Shown here in pieces: positions 30,335 through 40,218 of a DNA stretch of 64,000 nucleotides. The notes under the pieces were generated by a model that was given only the letters and a program-made list of their open reading frames with translations, did not search any database and was not told the origin of the DNA. Position 1 is the stretch's first letter, and every line of letters begins with the position of its first letter. This stretch comes from Nannocystales bacterium. Lineage in GTDB: Bacteria; Myxococcota_A; Polyangia; Nannocystales; Nannocystaceae. Position numbers and translations under genes: made by a program. The DNA lies in assembly GCA_050633305.1 (NCBI GenBank), contig JBOEGF010000015.1, positions 160,001 through 224,000 on the forward strand. The letters run 5' to 3'.

Positions 30335-31438
30335 CTAGACGATGCTCATCGGCGAGACGTCCTGCTCGCTGAGCGTCCACTCGACCGCCCCACATCGCGT
30401 CGCGATCGCATCTCGGTAGTTTCGCAGGAAAGGGCGTTCGGTATTCGTGTGTCCCGCCAGCAGCACGACCTTGCCGCGCTGCACCATGTCGAGGACCTGA
30501 TGATGCTGCATCTCTCCGGTGATGTACGCATCGGCCGTCTTGTATTTCTCGAACAGTGAGCCGCCCGCTCCCACACACACGGCGATGGACTCGACGTGGC
30601 CCGGGTGCTCGTTTCCATACTCCGGCGGGATGGCGGCCTTGAGCTTCTTGACCCCCAGGTGGCGCTTGACTCGTCGGATCAGGGCCTCGGCTGAGACCGG
30701 TGTCCGCAGATGCATGCATCGGCCCGGCGTTTGCTCTTCCTCTTCCGGCCGGGGTTGGGCGCTGAGTTCCACAACCTCGACGGTAGGCTCGGGGCGGGGG
30801 TGGGCCTCCCGTGCCCGCTTGATGACTGCGCCAAGCGCGTCGCGCCAACACGAAGCTTCGATGCGAACCTCTTCCGCTTGCCCGACCTCGCCCGCGAGAC
30901 CGAAGCTGCCGACGCCCTCCACACTAAACGCCGACCGGTCGTCACCACCAATGCCACCTGCGCCAGCGTCCGACATCGCCGCCCGCACATCAGCGGCCGC
31001 GTCGCGTGGGGCGTAGACGATGACTTTGTAGCGATGCAGTCGGTGGTCCCGGGGAACGCCGATGGACCAGCGGACCGACTGCTTTCCCAGCCCGTCGCAG
31101 AGCCAGTCGTTCATGCCGCCACGAACGGCATCGAGCGAGGTGTGTGGGCTGTAGACGGCGATGCCGGTCCGGACGGCCTTGGCGAGCATGCGCTCTTTCC
31201 AGTCCCGGTCCGCAAGGCGGGCGAGCGCTCGGAAAATCGGCGGGTGATAGGAGACGACCAGCTGACACTTGCTCTCGATCGCCTCATTCAAGACCGCGGG
31301 CGTGAGGTCGATGCAGAGCATGCCTTTACGGACCCGCTTGCCATCGCCCGCGAGGTGCAGACCCACTTGATCCCAACCCTCGGCGAGGTGCTCGGGTGCG
31401 ATTCCTCGGAGCGCTGCCAACACATCGTCAAGCTTCAC
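30335..31438 (-). CDS. Nif3/DUF34 dinuclear metal-centre protein with PII-like insert (YqfO type)
   Basis: AEGWDQVGL, SYHPPIF, HTSLD, TGEMQHH and GHTNTE. Confidence 0.92.
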   Translation of the reverse strand: MKLDDVLAALRGIAPEHLAEGWDQVGLHLAGDGKRVRKGMLCIDLTPAVLNEAIESKCQLVVSYHPPIFRALARLADRDWKERMLAKAVRTGIAVYSPHTSLDAVRGGMNDWLCDGLGKQSVRWSIGVPRDHRLHRYKVIVYAPRDAAADVRAAMSDAGAGGIGGDDRSAFSVEGVGSFGLAGEVGQAEEVRIEASCWRDALGAVIKRAREAHPRPEPTVEVVELSAQPRPEEEEQTPGRCMHLRTPVSAEALIRRVKRHLGVKKLKAAIPPEYGNEHPGHVESIAVCVGAGGSLFEKYKTADAYITGEMQHHQVLDMVQRGKVVLLAGHTNTERPFLRNYRDAIATRCGAVEWTLSEQDVSPMSIV

Positions 31439-31563
31439 GGTCGAAGGGTACTGCGACGAACCCCCGAAAAAATCTACGGCGAACGGCGTGGTTCCGTGAC
31501 GCGCCTGACACTTTAGGCGACGTACTTTATGCAATCTAAACTCGGAAAAGAGAGGCGGTAGAA

Positions 31564-32790
31564 GTGTCGAACGTCAGGATGCAGCGCACACTGGGAGTTT
31601 GGGCGGTCGGGGTCGGACTTGGCCTGTGTGGGTGTGGAGGGGCCAGTTCCGCCGACGTCGCCGCGGACAGCTCGGGTGGTATCGACTCGCTCACCGCAGA
31701 CCCCAGTTCTTCGGGAGATGTCGTGGAGACCAGTACCACGGCGGCCAGCAGCGGCGATGACGCCAGCAGCAGCGGCCCAGCGGAGGGCACGACAGGCGCG
31801 ACGTCGGCGTCCTCTTCGGGTGGCCCGGGGACGAGTACGGGCGACGCACAATCCGAGACGACGGGGGGAACGACCGTCGCCGTTCTCCCCGAAACGTCGG
31901 GAAGCACGATGGACTGCCCCAGCGCGGAAGTTCAGTTCGAGCCGATCATCCCGACCGTCATCCTCTTGATCGACCAGTCCGGCAGCATGACCGCTGGCTT
32001 TGACGGCTCCAACCGCTGGGATGTCGTCCGTGAGGCGCTCATCGATCCGGACACGGGGGTGATCGCGGCTCTGCAGGATGACGTTCGATTTGGGCTCGCC
32101 CTGTACACGAGCAACGGCGGCGACGCGGGAGGCGCGTGCCCCGTTCTTGTCGAGGAGGCCCCGGTCGTGGCCAGCCTCGATGCGATCACCGCGACGTACG
32201 AACCCGAGAGTCCAACGGGCGATACGCCGACGGGCGACTCGATCGATGCCGTCGTCGAGGCTCTCGCGGCTGACCTGACGGACGGACCCAAGATTATCGT
32301 GTTGGCCACCGATGGCGAACCCGACACGTGCGAGGTTCCGAACCCGCAGGAGGGCCAGGTCGAGGCGGTCACCGCGGCCGAGAACGCCTACACCGATGGC
32401 ATCGAGACGTTCGTCATCAGCGTGGGGAACGACGTCAGCGAGACGCACCTCCAGGACATGGCAAACGCGGGTGTCGGCTGGATGCCCGGCGACGCCGATG
32501 CCCCGTTCTACGTCCCGTCGGATGCGGACGCGATGGTTGCCGCCTTCGAGGAGATCATCAACGGGGTCCGCAGCTGCGTGCTCACCCTCGATACCGCCAT
32601 CCTGCCGGGCCAGGCGGATCAAGGGACCGTGACCGTCAACGGAATGGAAGTCACCTTCGACGACCCCAACGGGTGGCAGGTCAACAGCCCGACCGAGATC
32701 GAGCTCCTGGGAACCTCGTGCGAGGCGATTCAGGAGGGCAACGTCGAGGTTACCGTCGAGTTCACCTGCGCCGCGATCGTGCCGGGCTGA
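31564..32790 (+). CDS. vWA-domain lipoprotein (CglB-like myxobacterial family)
   Basis: MIDAS DQSGS, TPT and LATDGEP; S/T linker; lipobox-like CGC. Confidence 0.85.
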   Translation: MSNVRMQRTLGVWAVGVGLGLCGCGGASSADVAADSSGGIDSLTADPSSSGDVVETSTTAASSGDDASSSGPAEGTTGATSASSSGGPGTSTGDAQSETTGGTTVAVLPETSGSTMDCPSAEVQFEPIIPTVILLIDQSGSMTAGFDGSNRWDVVREALIDPDTGVIAALQDDVRFGLALYTSNGGDAGGACPVLVEEAPVVASLDAITATYEPESPTGDTPTGDSIDAVVEALAADLTDGPKIIVLATDGEPDTCEVPNPQEGQVEAVTAAENAYTDGIETFVISVGNDVSETHLQDMANAGVGWMPGDADAPFYVPSDADAMVAAFEEIINGVRSCVLTLDTAILPGQADQGTVTVNGMEVTFDDPNGWQVNSPTEIELLGTSCEAIQEGNVEVTVEFTCAAIVPG

Positions 32791-32808
32791 GCCTGTGTGT
32801 GGGTCCCC

Positions 32809-33288
32809 TCAGCTGGAGGGGACCTCGTCGCTCCACTGAAGCTTGTCGCCGCAGTGCAGCATCATCGCGCCTTCGTACGGGTTCATGACCTTGCCGGATT
32901 TCTGAACCCACGGCGCGCCCGCGCCCGCAAACGTCATCGTGCAGTGGACCAGCATGTGGCCCTCTTGCTTGCCGGCGTCGGCCTTGACGAACTCGATCAT
33001 GCCCTCGCTCATGGTCTTGAATGCCGAGCGGGCGGTGGCGATGTCTTGTGCGGCGATGCGGCCCGCACCCTGGACGATCTTGTCGACCCCGGGCTTGTCG
33101 GTCTTGCCCTCGGATGCGGCGACGAGGGCTGCTCCGAGCTCAGGAAGATTGTCGAGCTTGTCCTCAGCCAGGGTCGACTGAATCTGCAGGTACGGCGTAA
33201 GCAACGTGCCGTCGGTCGCAGGCTTGTCGCTGGAGTCGCAGCTGATCGCGGTGGCTGCGAGCACGAGGAGAGCCAGGCGGGTGCGCAT
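32809..33288 (-). CDS. DUF3347 lipoprotein (heavy-metal efflux associated)
   Basis: YLQIQ.TLA.D, RSAF..MS and HCTM...W....NPY.G..ML.CG. Confidence 0.85.
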   Translation of the reverse strand: MRTRLALLVLAATAISCDSSDKPATDGTLLTPYLQIQSTLAEDKLDNLPELGAALVAASEGKTDKPGVDKIVQGAGRIAAQDIATARSAFKTMSEGMIEFVKADAGKQEGHMLVHCTMTFAGAGAPWVQKSGKVMNPYEGAMMLHCGDKLQWSDEVPSS

Positions 33289-33350
33289 GCTTCGTCAGAT
33301 AGCATGCGCTTCGTCCTCTGACAGCCGCTGGGGTAGAGTGCGGCCGCCCG

Positions 33351-35162
33351 ATGGCGCTTTGGAGCATTCTCTGCCTTGCGTTGAGCGCGCCGTCGGTGAC
33401 GTCCGAGGTCGCGCCCGCGCCCGACCGTCCCGAGACAGAGCCGTCGTCGGAGCCCGACGCCGACGAGCCGGTTGTGCCGCCGCCGGTCGTCACCGATGCA
33501 GCGCCGGACGAGTCGCCACCCGATGAACCCGCGGCCGAGCCGTCCGTTGACGACACCCAGGCGCCGGCAGAGAGCACACCGAGCCCGTCCTTCTTCAACG
33601 ACGAAACGACGACGGCACCGGAGCCGGTTGCGCCGCCGATGCCCGAGATCGAGGAGCTGCCGCAGAAGCAGGGAGCACCGCCAGAGCCTCGCAAGCGGAA
33701 GGTGTTCGACACCGGGGCCGCCGACCGTCCGCCCGCGGGTGCCGATGGAGGCAGTTTCTTCGACCCGGGCAAGCTCGCCGATGTTGGCCCTTCAGGGGGT
33801 GCAATCCAGATTCGTGGCTTCGTGGCGGCCAACTTCTTCCTGGCGCAGCGCAGCAATACGTTCGACCGAACGAACGGGTCGTTCCGCCAGCTCAAGACGT
33901 TGCCCTATTTCGACGTCAGCTCCGCGACCCTCTATGTCGGCGCGCCGATCTTCGCCGACGTTGTCTACGCTCGTATCGGTTTCGAGTTCCTTTCGGCAGG
34001 GGTTGTCCCTCCCGCCGGAGTGGACCCATCGATCTCCGGCCAGACGCGGCGCTTTGTCGCCTTCGAAACCGGTGCGCTCGAGATCAACCCGTTCGCCCTG
34101 GCGGAGAAGACCCCGCGCTGGTTCCGGGAGGGGTTCAAGATTACCGCCGGAATCTTCATCCTGCCTTTTGGGCTCGAGGACGAAGACCACGCCGCGCCCG
34201 TCAACTGGTTCATCACCCGCCCGTTGGCGATGACCAACAACCGGGTCTATCCCGGGACATGGTCAGACGTCGGTGCGTCGCTGAAGTGGAAGCCGACCTT
34301 CCGCAGCGAGTCCCCGATCCGGCCGATCGAGATCGATGTCGGTATCGTCAACGGCGACGCGTGCAGCCAGACACGGTTCCTCGACACGCTTTTTGCCGAC
34401 CCGGCGCTGGTTCCAAGTTGCGAACGCACTCTTCGGGACGGCGAGACCGACGAATCGGAGATGCTGCAGGCCGGGACACCGCGCATCAACGCACCCGGCG
34501 GGTTCATCCTTCCGGACAACAATGCGGGCAAGTCCGTGGTGGCCCGCGTTCAGGCGTTCCCGATCGGCTCGATCAACCTCGGGGGCTCGGTTGTCTGGGG
34601 CACGCACCCTCCCGGTGACGTGTCGCCGGGTCCCGGCGAGTCCTCGGCCGACTTCAAACAGGCGGCCTCATGGCGCGTGGGGTCCCATCTCGAACTCAAC
34701 TTCGAGGAGATGTTCGAGAGCAAGGTGCCGCTACCGATGCTTCGCGGTGAGTTCGTCTTTGGGCGGGACGACGCCGTGGACCGGGCTGCGCCGACGCTCA
34801 CCGATCGCCGGATGCGTGGCGGGTATGCCCAAATCGCTCAGCCGCTGTTCCGGCGGAAGAAGACGCGTCTCCCGGGGCTCATCCTGCAGTATCGCTTCGA
34901 CCAAGCGGATCCCGATCTCGCAGTCCCGAGCGTGGTGGCAGGGTTCGACCCTGACGGAAACCCGGTCGACGTCGATCTCGTCTCGGACCTGAGCTCCACC
35001 CGGCGGGAGTCAGCGTTTCAGTCCCACACCGTGGGATTTCGTTTTCCTGTGCTGCCCCGGTTCACGCTCAAGGCCGAGTACACGTTTGCACGGGAAGACG
35101 GTGGCGCTGCCAACCAGCTCGCGAACGACGTCTTCGGCATCGAAGCGGTCGCGGATTTCTAG
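33351..35162 (+). CDS. Outer-membrane beta-barrel/porin-like protein
   Basis: Signal peptide, Pro-rich linker, G.F..PFG motif, amphipathic strands, terminal Phe. Confidence 0.7.
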   Translation: MALWSILCLALSAPSVTSEVAPAPDRPETEPSSEPDADEPVVPPPVVTDAAPDESPPDEPAAEPSVDDTQAPAESTPSPSFFNDETTTAPEPVAPPMPEIEELPQKQGAPPEPRKRKVFDTGAADRPPAGADGGSFFDPGKLADVGPSGGAIQIRGFVAANFFLAQRSNTFDRTNGSFRQLKTLPYFDVSSATLYVGAPIFADVVYARIGFEFLSAGVVPPAGVDPSISGQTRRFVAFETGALEINPFALAEKTPRWFREGFKITAGIFILPFGLEDEDHAAPVNWFITRPLAMTNNRVYPGTWSDVGASLKWKPTFRSESPIRPIEIDVGIVNGDACSQTRFLDTLFADPALVPSCERTLRDGETDESEMLQAGTPRINAPGGFILPDNNAGKSVVARVQAFPIGSINLGGSVVWGTHPPGDVSPGPGESSADFKQAASWRVGSHLELNFEEMFESKVPLPMLRGEFVFGRDDAVDRAAPTLTDRRMRGGYAQIAQPLFRRKKTRLPGLILQYRFDQADPDLAVPSVVAGFDPDGNPVDVDLVSDLSSTRRESAFQSHTVGFRFPVLPRFTLKAEYTFAREDGGAANQLANDVFGIEAVADF

Positions 35163-35177
35163 CGGCGAGCGGCCGTC

Positions 35178-35750
35178 CTAAGCAGCAATCAGGTCGGTCA
35201 TCGCGACCCACCGAATGGGTCGGTCGATGAAGACTGCGGAACAGACACGCCGCGCGTCGTCAGCACCCCCGTGCACAAACAGTGACTCAAACCCGGGCAC
35301 AGCGGTCCAGCCGCCGACCCCGATACCGTCTGCGTTCCACATCAGGCGGAGTCGCTCCCCGGCGAGCTTTGTATAGCCTTCCCACATCAGCTCGGGGTTG
35401 GGGACGCGCAGCAAGAAATCTCGGTCCGGTTCGAGTTCTCCCCATAACAGCTCGAACATATCCTTCTCGATGAGCTCCGCGGACGGGTGTGTGAGCATCG
35501 ATTCGGTGTTCACCGGGCTGCACATCAGCACGTCCTCCGGAGCGAAGCGACATCCGTCGGCGTGAACTTGGACGTGGCGACGGACCCAGCCGGTCGCGTC
35601 GATCTCGTAGAGGGTCATCCAAGGCTCGGAGGACTCGCCTGCAAAACAGACGCGTACGTAGCGAAGCTCGGTGGATGGGTTGGACAGCATCAGGTGCGTC
35701 ACGACCCCCTCTGTATCGGCCGCCTGTTGCTTTGTCTTGAGGGTGTTCAT
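35178..35750 (-). CDS. Hypothetical protein
   Basis: Protein-like composition and codon bias; start uncertain. Confidence 0.55.
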   Translation of the reverse strand: MNTLKTKQQAADTEGVVTHLMLSNPSTELRYVRVCFAGESSEPWMTLYEIDATGWVRRHVQVHADGCRFAPEDVLMCSPVNTESMLTHPSAELIEKDMFELLWGELEPDRDFLLRVPNPELMWEGYTKLAGERLRLMWNADGIGVGGWTAVPGFESLFVHGGADDARRVCSAVFIDRPIRWVAMTDLIAA

Positions 35751-35836
35751 CCGGCGCGGCAGCGTGCATCGCTCACGTACGCTCATCGCGGGCGTTTCCC
35801 GCGCCGCCCCGAACTGGGACCGTTCCGGGTTGAACC

Positions 35837-35863
35837 TAAACTGTCCTGCTCGGAGGACGAAAC
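35837..35863 (+). promoter_or_regulatory. Possible sigma28 promoter of the diguanylate cyclase
   Basis: TAAA-N15-GACGAAAC versus consensus TAAA-N15-GCCGATAA. Confidence 0.4.
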
Positions 35864-35871
35864 TCCCAGTC

Positions 35872-37398
35872 ATGAGGCCCGTGAAGCGGAAGCCGACAAG
35901 AAAGCGAAAGAAGTCAGCTGGAAAGTCCAGCGCGTCTCCTTCCGCTGGCTCCGTCGCAAAGATCGTTCAGCTAACCGCTGACCCGGACTGCTGCATGGAT
36001 GCGGTCGCCGAGGTGGTCTCGGTCGACCCTGTCCTGGGCCTTCGAATCCTCTCCCTTGCGAACAGCTCTGCCTTCGCGCTCTCGAGGCGGATGTCGGATG
36101 TCCGCCAGGCCGTATCCATCCTCGGCCTTCGGAGCCTTCGTAACCTCGCGTTGGGTCTGCTCGTCAGCGACTTGGCACCGCAGAGCCTTCATGGTGAGCG
36201 CCTTCTCGAGCGCTCTCTCCGTCGAGGAACCGCATGTCGACTCGTCGCCGAGCACCTGGGCGTGAAGGAAGTCCACGAGTTCTTCACTGCCGGGATTCTC
36301 CTGGACGTGGGCTTGATGACACTGGCCCGGACCGACGCGAAGTTGGCCGCAGACCTGTCGTGCATGGCGAGCGCGAGCCGATCGGTTCGCGAGCAGGTCT
36401 TGGGGCTCACACCGCATGCCGTGCTCTCGGGGAAGATGGCCAAGGAGTGTTCGCTCCCGGACGCGACCGTGGAGGCAATTGCCAATCACCACAATGACGA
36501 GCCCGGGGAGAGCGACCTGGAGCGCGCAACGTGGTTCGCGGAGCGAGTCGCCGCCCTGTTTGATTCCGCATTGGTGGAACGTGACCGCGAAGCGCTGATC
36601 CAAGACGGCGAGAAGCTCGGCATCTCGGCCGAAGGCATCGAGGACATCCTCGTGCGAACGCCCGCCGACGTGATGGAGACCGCGCAGGCTTTCCAGCGTC
36701 AGTTGCCACCGCAACAGACGATCGACGAGATCAAAGAAAATGCCTATCAGCAGTTGATGGAGCTCAACACGGAGTATGAGGTCATCGTGAAGGACCTCGA
36801 GCGTGCGCTCGCCGAGAAGTCCGAACTCGAGGCGCAGCTCCGGGTGGCGAACAGTCAGCTCTCTGGACTCGCGAACACCGACGAGCTCACCGGGCTGCCC
36901 AACCGTCGCGCACTGCAAGCAAGCGTCGACTGCCAGCTGACGATCACAGAGCGCTCCGAACGGCCGCTGAGTCTCGTGATGGTGGACGTCGACCACTTCA
37001 AGAACTTCAACGACACCATGGGCCATGCCGCGGGAGATGCGGTCCTCCGAGTCCTGGGCGACCTCCTCCAAGACCTCGTCCGAGGGGCCGACGTCCCGGC
37101 TCGGTACGGTGGCGAGGAGTTTACGCTCCTGCTACCCAACACCGACGAGGACGGCGCACTTGTCGTGTCCGAGAGAATTCGAGCCCGACTGGAGGCCACC
37201 GTGGTGAACGAGGACGTCCCGCAGCCCTGCAAGGTCACCGCGAGCTTTGGCGTGGCCACGACGCGCGGCGGGGAAAGCTCGGAAAGCCTGTTTGGCCGCG
37301 CTGACCAGGCGCTGTACGTCGCCAAAGAAGAAGGTCGCAACAGGGTCTGTGTCGCTCCACCGCTCGAGGCTTCGACCCCGAAAAGTGCGGCCGCGTAA
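35872..37398 (+). CDS. HDOD-GGDEF diguanylate cyclase
   Basis: DP...RIL..ANS HDOD; DELTGL.NRR, DVDHFK.FND..GH..GD, RGAD I-site and GGEEF. Confidence 0.93.
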   Translation: MRPVKRKPTRKRKKSAGKSSASPSAGSVAKIVQLTADPDCCMDAVAEVVSVDPVLGLRILSLANSSAFALSRRMSDVRQAVSILGLRSLRNLALGLLVSDLAPQSLHGERLLERSLRRGTACRLVAEHLGVKEVHEFFTAGILLDVGLMTLARTDAKLAADLSCMASASRSVREQVLGLTPHAVLSGKMAKECSLPDATVEAIANHHNDEPGESDLERATWFAERVAALFDSALVERDREALIQDGEKLGISAEGIEDILVRTPADVMETAQAFQRQLPPQQTIDEIKENAYQQLMELNTEYEVIVKDLERALAEKSELEAQLRVANSQLSGLANTDELTGLPNRRALQASVDCQLTITERSERPLSLVMVDVDHFKNFNDTMGHAAGDAVLRVLGDLLQDLVRGADVPARYGGEEFTLLLPNTDEDGALVVSERIRARLEATVVNEDVPQPCKVTASFGVATTRGGESSESLFGRADQALYVAKEEGRNRVCVAPPLEASTPKSAAA

Positions 37399-37509
37399 CG
37401 AACGACCCACAACGCCTCCACACGTCGGATCGAACTGAGGGCGCCCCCGCCTCGGCTCGACCCGGCGTTCTTGTGTGGTCGCCCCTCGTCGATGATCGGG
37501 GCCACCCTG

Positions 37510-38421
37510 TTACACGTTCGCGGCGGATTCGATCGCAACTGAGATGGCCGTCGCGTCCCGCGTTCCTAGCCCCGCCGCAAAGAAGGGAGCGTGCTGGCAC
37601 AGCTGCCCCGCGCGATCGTCCACTCCGGTCGCGTCGAGTTTCGCCGCGTAGTCGGCGACAGAGACGGCCAGAGCGACCTGTGTGAGGGCTCCGGCGTCCG
37701 CGGGGTGGTGATGATACTTGGCGCCCGCCCGGACGGTCTCGTTGAGGCCCCAGGATCGAATGACCGCGTCGCCCAAGGCCGCATGAAGAGCATGACGGGC
37801 GCGGGCGATGAACTTCTTGTCGAGGAACTCAGGCGATTTGCGGCCGTACTGGCTGAGCGCCGAGTAGAGCAGCAGCGCGCCGATGTCATGCAGCATGCCG
37901 ACCAAGAAGCCTTGCTTGCTACCGATCCCCATGCGTCGGAAGACCTCGGCCGTTGCGAGGCCGACCTGAAAGGAATGCAGGTGCTCCTCTTTGACCTCCT
38001 TGTTGAGGCCCGGCGCACGAAAGACCCGGCCCGACGCCACGGCGAACGCGATGTCGCGGAGCTCATGCAAGCCGACAGTCATCACCGCTTGTGCGAGATC
38101 GGTGGGAGGTCTGCGGGCCATCGCGGGGGACGCCGCCAGCCTCAGAACCCGTGACGCAAGTGAGGGGTCGCGCTCGAGGACGCCGACGGCTGCCTCGATG
38201 CTTGGGTCGGGATCGCGCGCGAGCTCGGCGAGGCGGAGCGCGGCTTCGGGAAGGGGACGCAGTTCCAAGGACCCTCGGCGAAGGTCCCGCAGAATGCGAA
38301 TCCCCAGCTCGCTTTTGAACTCCTCCGGACCCCAGGAAGCGGGGCCTTCGTCCTCAATGACAAAGGTCTTCACCTCGATGTCCTTGAATCGCCGATTCGC
38401 CGCATCCATATCAGTTCTCAT
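37510..38421 (-). CDS. Stand-alone HDOD domain protein
   Basis: DPSLASRVLRLAAS, GMLHDIG, W.L and YHHHP. Confidence 0.9.
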   Translation of the reverse strand: MRTDMDAANRRFKDIEVKTFVIEDEGPASWGPEEFKSELGIRILRDLRRGSLELRPLPEAALRLAELARDPDPSIEAAVGVLERDPSLASRVLRLAASPAMARRPPTDLAQAVMTVGLHELRDIAFAVASGRVFRAPGLNKEVKEEHLHSFQVGLATAEVFRRMGIGSKQGFLVGMLHDIGALLLYSALSQYGRKSPEFLDKKFIARARHALHAALGDAVIRSWGLNETVRAGAKYHHHPADAGALTQVALAVSVADYAAKLDATGVDDRAGQLCQHAPFFAAGLGTRDATAISVAIESAANV

Positions 38422-38536
38422 GGGGTGTCCAGGCGCGCGAATCCACCGAGGTGGCTAGACTCGTTCACCGCTGGATCGGCCCAACTTGGGGCTGCCATCC
38501 GGGTCCCACAGTCGCACGAAGGCGTTGGAAACCATC

Positions 38537-39295
38537 GTGGACATCGCGACCATCATCGGATTCGTAGCATCGGCAGTTCTCGTCGTCGGTACGATCGTAC
38601 TCGGAGGTGAACTCGGTCCCTTCATCGACGTTCCAAGTCTTCTGATCGTCGTGGGGGGTACCGTTGCAGCGGCCCTCACGGCAGAGTCGCTGCCCTCCTG
38701 CATCGGCTCCATCAAGGTCGCGATCAACGTCTTCAAAGTGAAGGGAAACGACGCGACGGAGACGATTGCGAAGATCGCCGAGTTGTCCACCGTGGCGCGT
38801 CGCGAAGGTATCGTCGCGCTCGAGAATGCGAAGGTCGAAGACGAGTTCTTCGGCCGCGCGTTGCGAATGGCCGCCGACGGTGCCAACGCTGACGAGATCA
38901 AGGCCACGCTCTCCGGCGAGATAGGGGCCATGAAGGCTCGTCACGAGCGTGGACAGAAGCTGTTCAAGTTCGTCGCGGCCAGTGCACCTGCGATGGGCAT
39001 GATCGGAACGCTGATCGGTCTGGTGCAGATGCTCCGGGCCCTCGACGACCCGGCCTCGATTGGCCCGGCCATGGCTGTTGCACTGTTGACGACGATGTAT
39101 GGAGCCATCATCGCGTTCCAGATCGCAGGTCCGATCGCGACGAAGCTCGAGCACCGGAGCACCGAAGAGGCCACGCACATGGGCGTGGTGCTCGACGGTA
39201 TCGGCGGCATCGTTCAAGGCTCCAACGCGCAGTCGATTCGCGACCGTCTCGAAGCCCGCTTGCCCCCAAGCCAGCGTCAGCAAGACGCTGCCTAG
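38537..39295 (+). CDS. motA: Flagellar stator A subunit (PomA/MotA-like)
   Basis: MDIATIIG, ARREGIVALE, APAMGMIGTLIGLVQML and MAVALLTTMYG. Confidence 0.93.
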   Translation: MDIATIIGFVASAVLVVGTIVLGGELGPFIDVPSLLIVVGGTVAAALTAESLPSCIGSIKVAINVFKVKGNDATETIAKIAELSTVARREGIVALENAKVEDEFFGRALRMAADGANADEIKATLSGEIGAMKARHERGQKLFKFVAASAPAMGMIGTLIGLVQMLRALDDPASIGPAMAVALLTTMYGAIIAFQIAGPIATKLEHRSTEEATHMGVVLDGIGGIVQGSNAQSIRDRLEARLPPSQRQQDAA

Positions 39296-39318
39296 CCCCA
39301 GCCTGAAGGGAGAGTGAC

Positions 39319-40161
39319 GTGGAAGAAGAAGAATGCGTATGCGAAGACAACAGCGGTGGCGAGTGGATGGCGACGTTTGCCGACCTCTCCATGCTGTTGC
39401 TGACCTTCTTCGTGCTTCTGCTCTCCTTCTCGAACATGGACGTGAAGCAGTTCCGAGAGATGCTCGGATCGGTTCAGGACGCGTTCGGTGTGCAGAAACA
39501 GATCGCCGGGTCGGTCGAGGCCATCGCTTCGTCGCCCGTCGAGCTGTCGATGGACCAAAACGACGGGGCAGGCTTCGCCTCGAAGCCGGGTGAACAAGCC
39601 ACCGATCCGAACGCGGAGATGATGGCGAAAATCTCGCAGTACGTGGAGAACCAAGACCTCGAGGACGACGTCGAGATTTTCTCGAGCCCGAAGGGCGTGG
39701 TCGTCCGCGTCAAAGACGGAGCGCTCTACGGGTCAGGCAGCGCCGAGCTGGACGAGAACGCCAAGAAGGTTCTGGACAAGATTTCGGGGATCCACGGCAA
39801 GTTTGCCGACAGCATCCAGATCGAGGGCCATACAGACAACAGCCCGATGCGCTCGAAGAAGTACCCGTCGAACTGGGAGCTCTCCACAGCCCGGGCCATT
39901 GCAGCGATGCACTACATGAGCGAGGAGGGCGGAATCGATGCCGGGAAGATCGGCGTCGCCGGGTACGCTGACTCGAAGCCGCTCGTGCCGAACGATACGG
40001 CCGAAGGCAGAAACAAGAACCGTCGCGTGGAGTTTGTGTTCTCCGCGAACGGCAAGAAGACCACGGTCACCGCGAACGACCAAGGCGTCACGGAGACCGA
40101 GTCATCCGACGATGACCCCGAGGGGCGGGCGTTCGCTCTCCCGATGAGTGCGTCCAAATGA
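39319..40161 (+). CDS. motB: Flagellar stator B subunit (PomB/MotB-like)
   Basis: WMATFADLSMLLLTFFVLL; OmpA-like GHTD, NWELSTARA and NRRVE. Confidence 0.93.
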   Translation: MEEEECVCEDNSGGEWMATFADLSMLLLTFFVLLLSFSNMDVKQFREMLGSVQDAFGVQKQIAGSVEAIASSPVELSMDQNDGAGFASKPGEQATDPNAEMMAKISQYVENQDLEDDVEIFSSPKGVVVRVKDGALYGSGSAELDENAKKVLDKISGIHGKFADSIQIEGHTDNSPMRSKKYPSNWELSTARAIAAMHYMSEEGGIDAGKIGVAGYADSKPLVPNDTAEGRNKNRRVEFVFSANGKKTTVTANDQGVTETESSDDDPEGRAFALPMSASK

Positions 40162-40218
40162 GAACCATCCCTACATCAACGACGTTCGGTGCCGCTGATG
40201 GAGGGCGGTCCTAGGCGC

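Noticed and set aside
31537..31563. Sigma28-like TAAA upstream of the vWA lipoprotein
   Set aside because: The -10 at N15 (CGGTAGAA) does not match GCCGATAA
38537..40161. Gliding motor AglRQS/TolQR
   Set aside because: The B subunits have the MotB plug/OmpA peptidoglycan-binding domain and lie within the flagellar cluster
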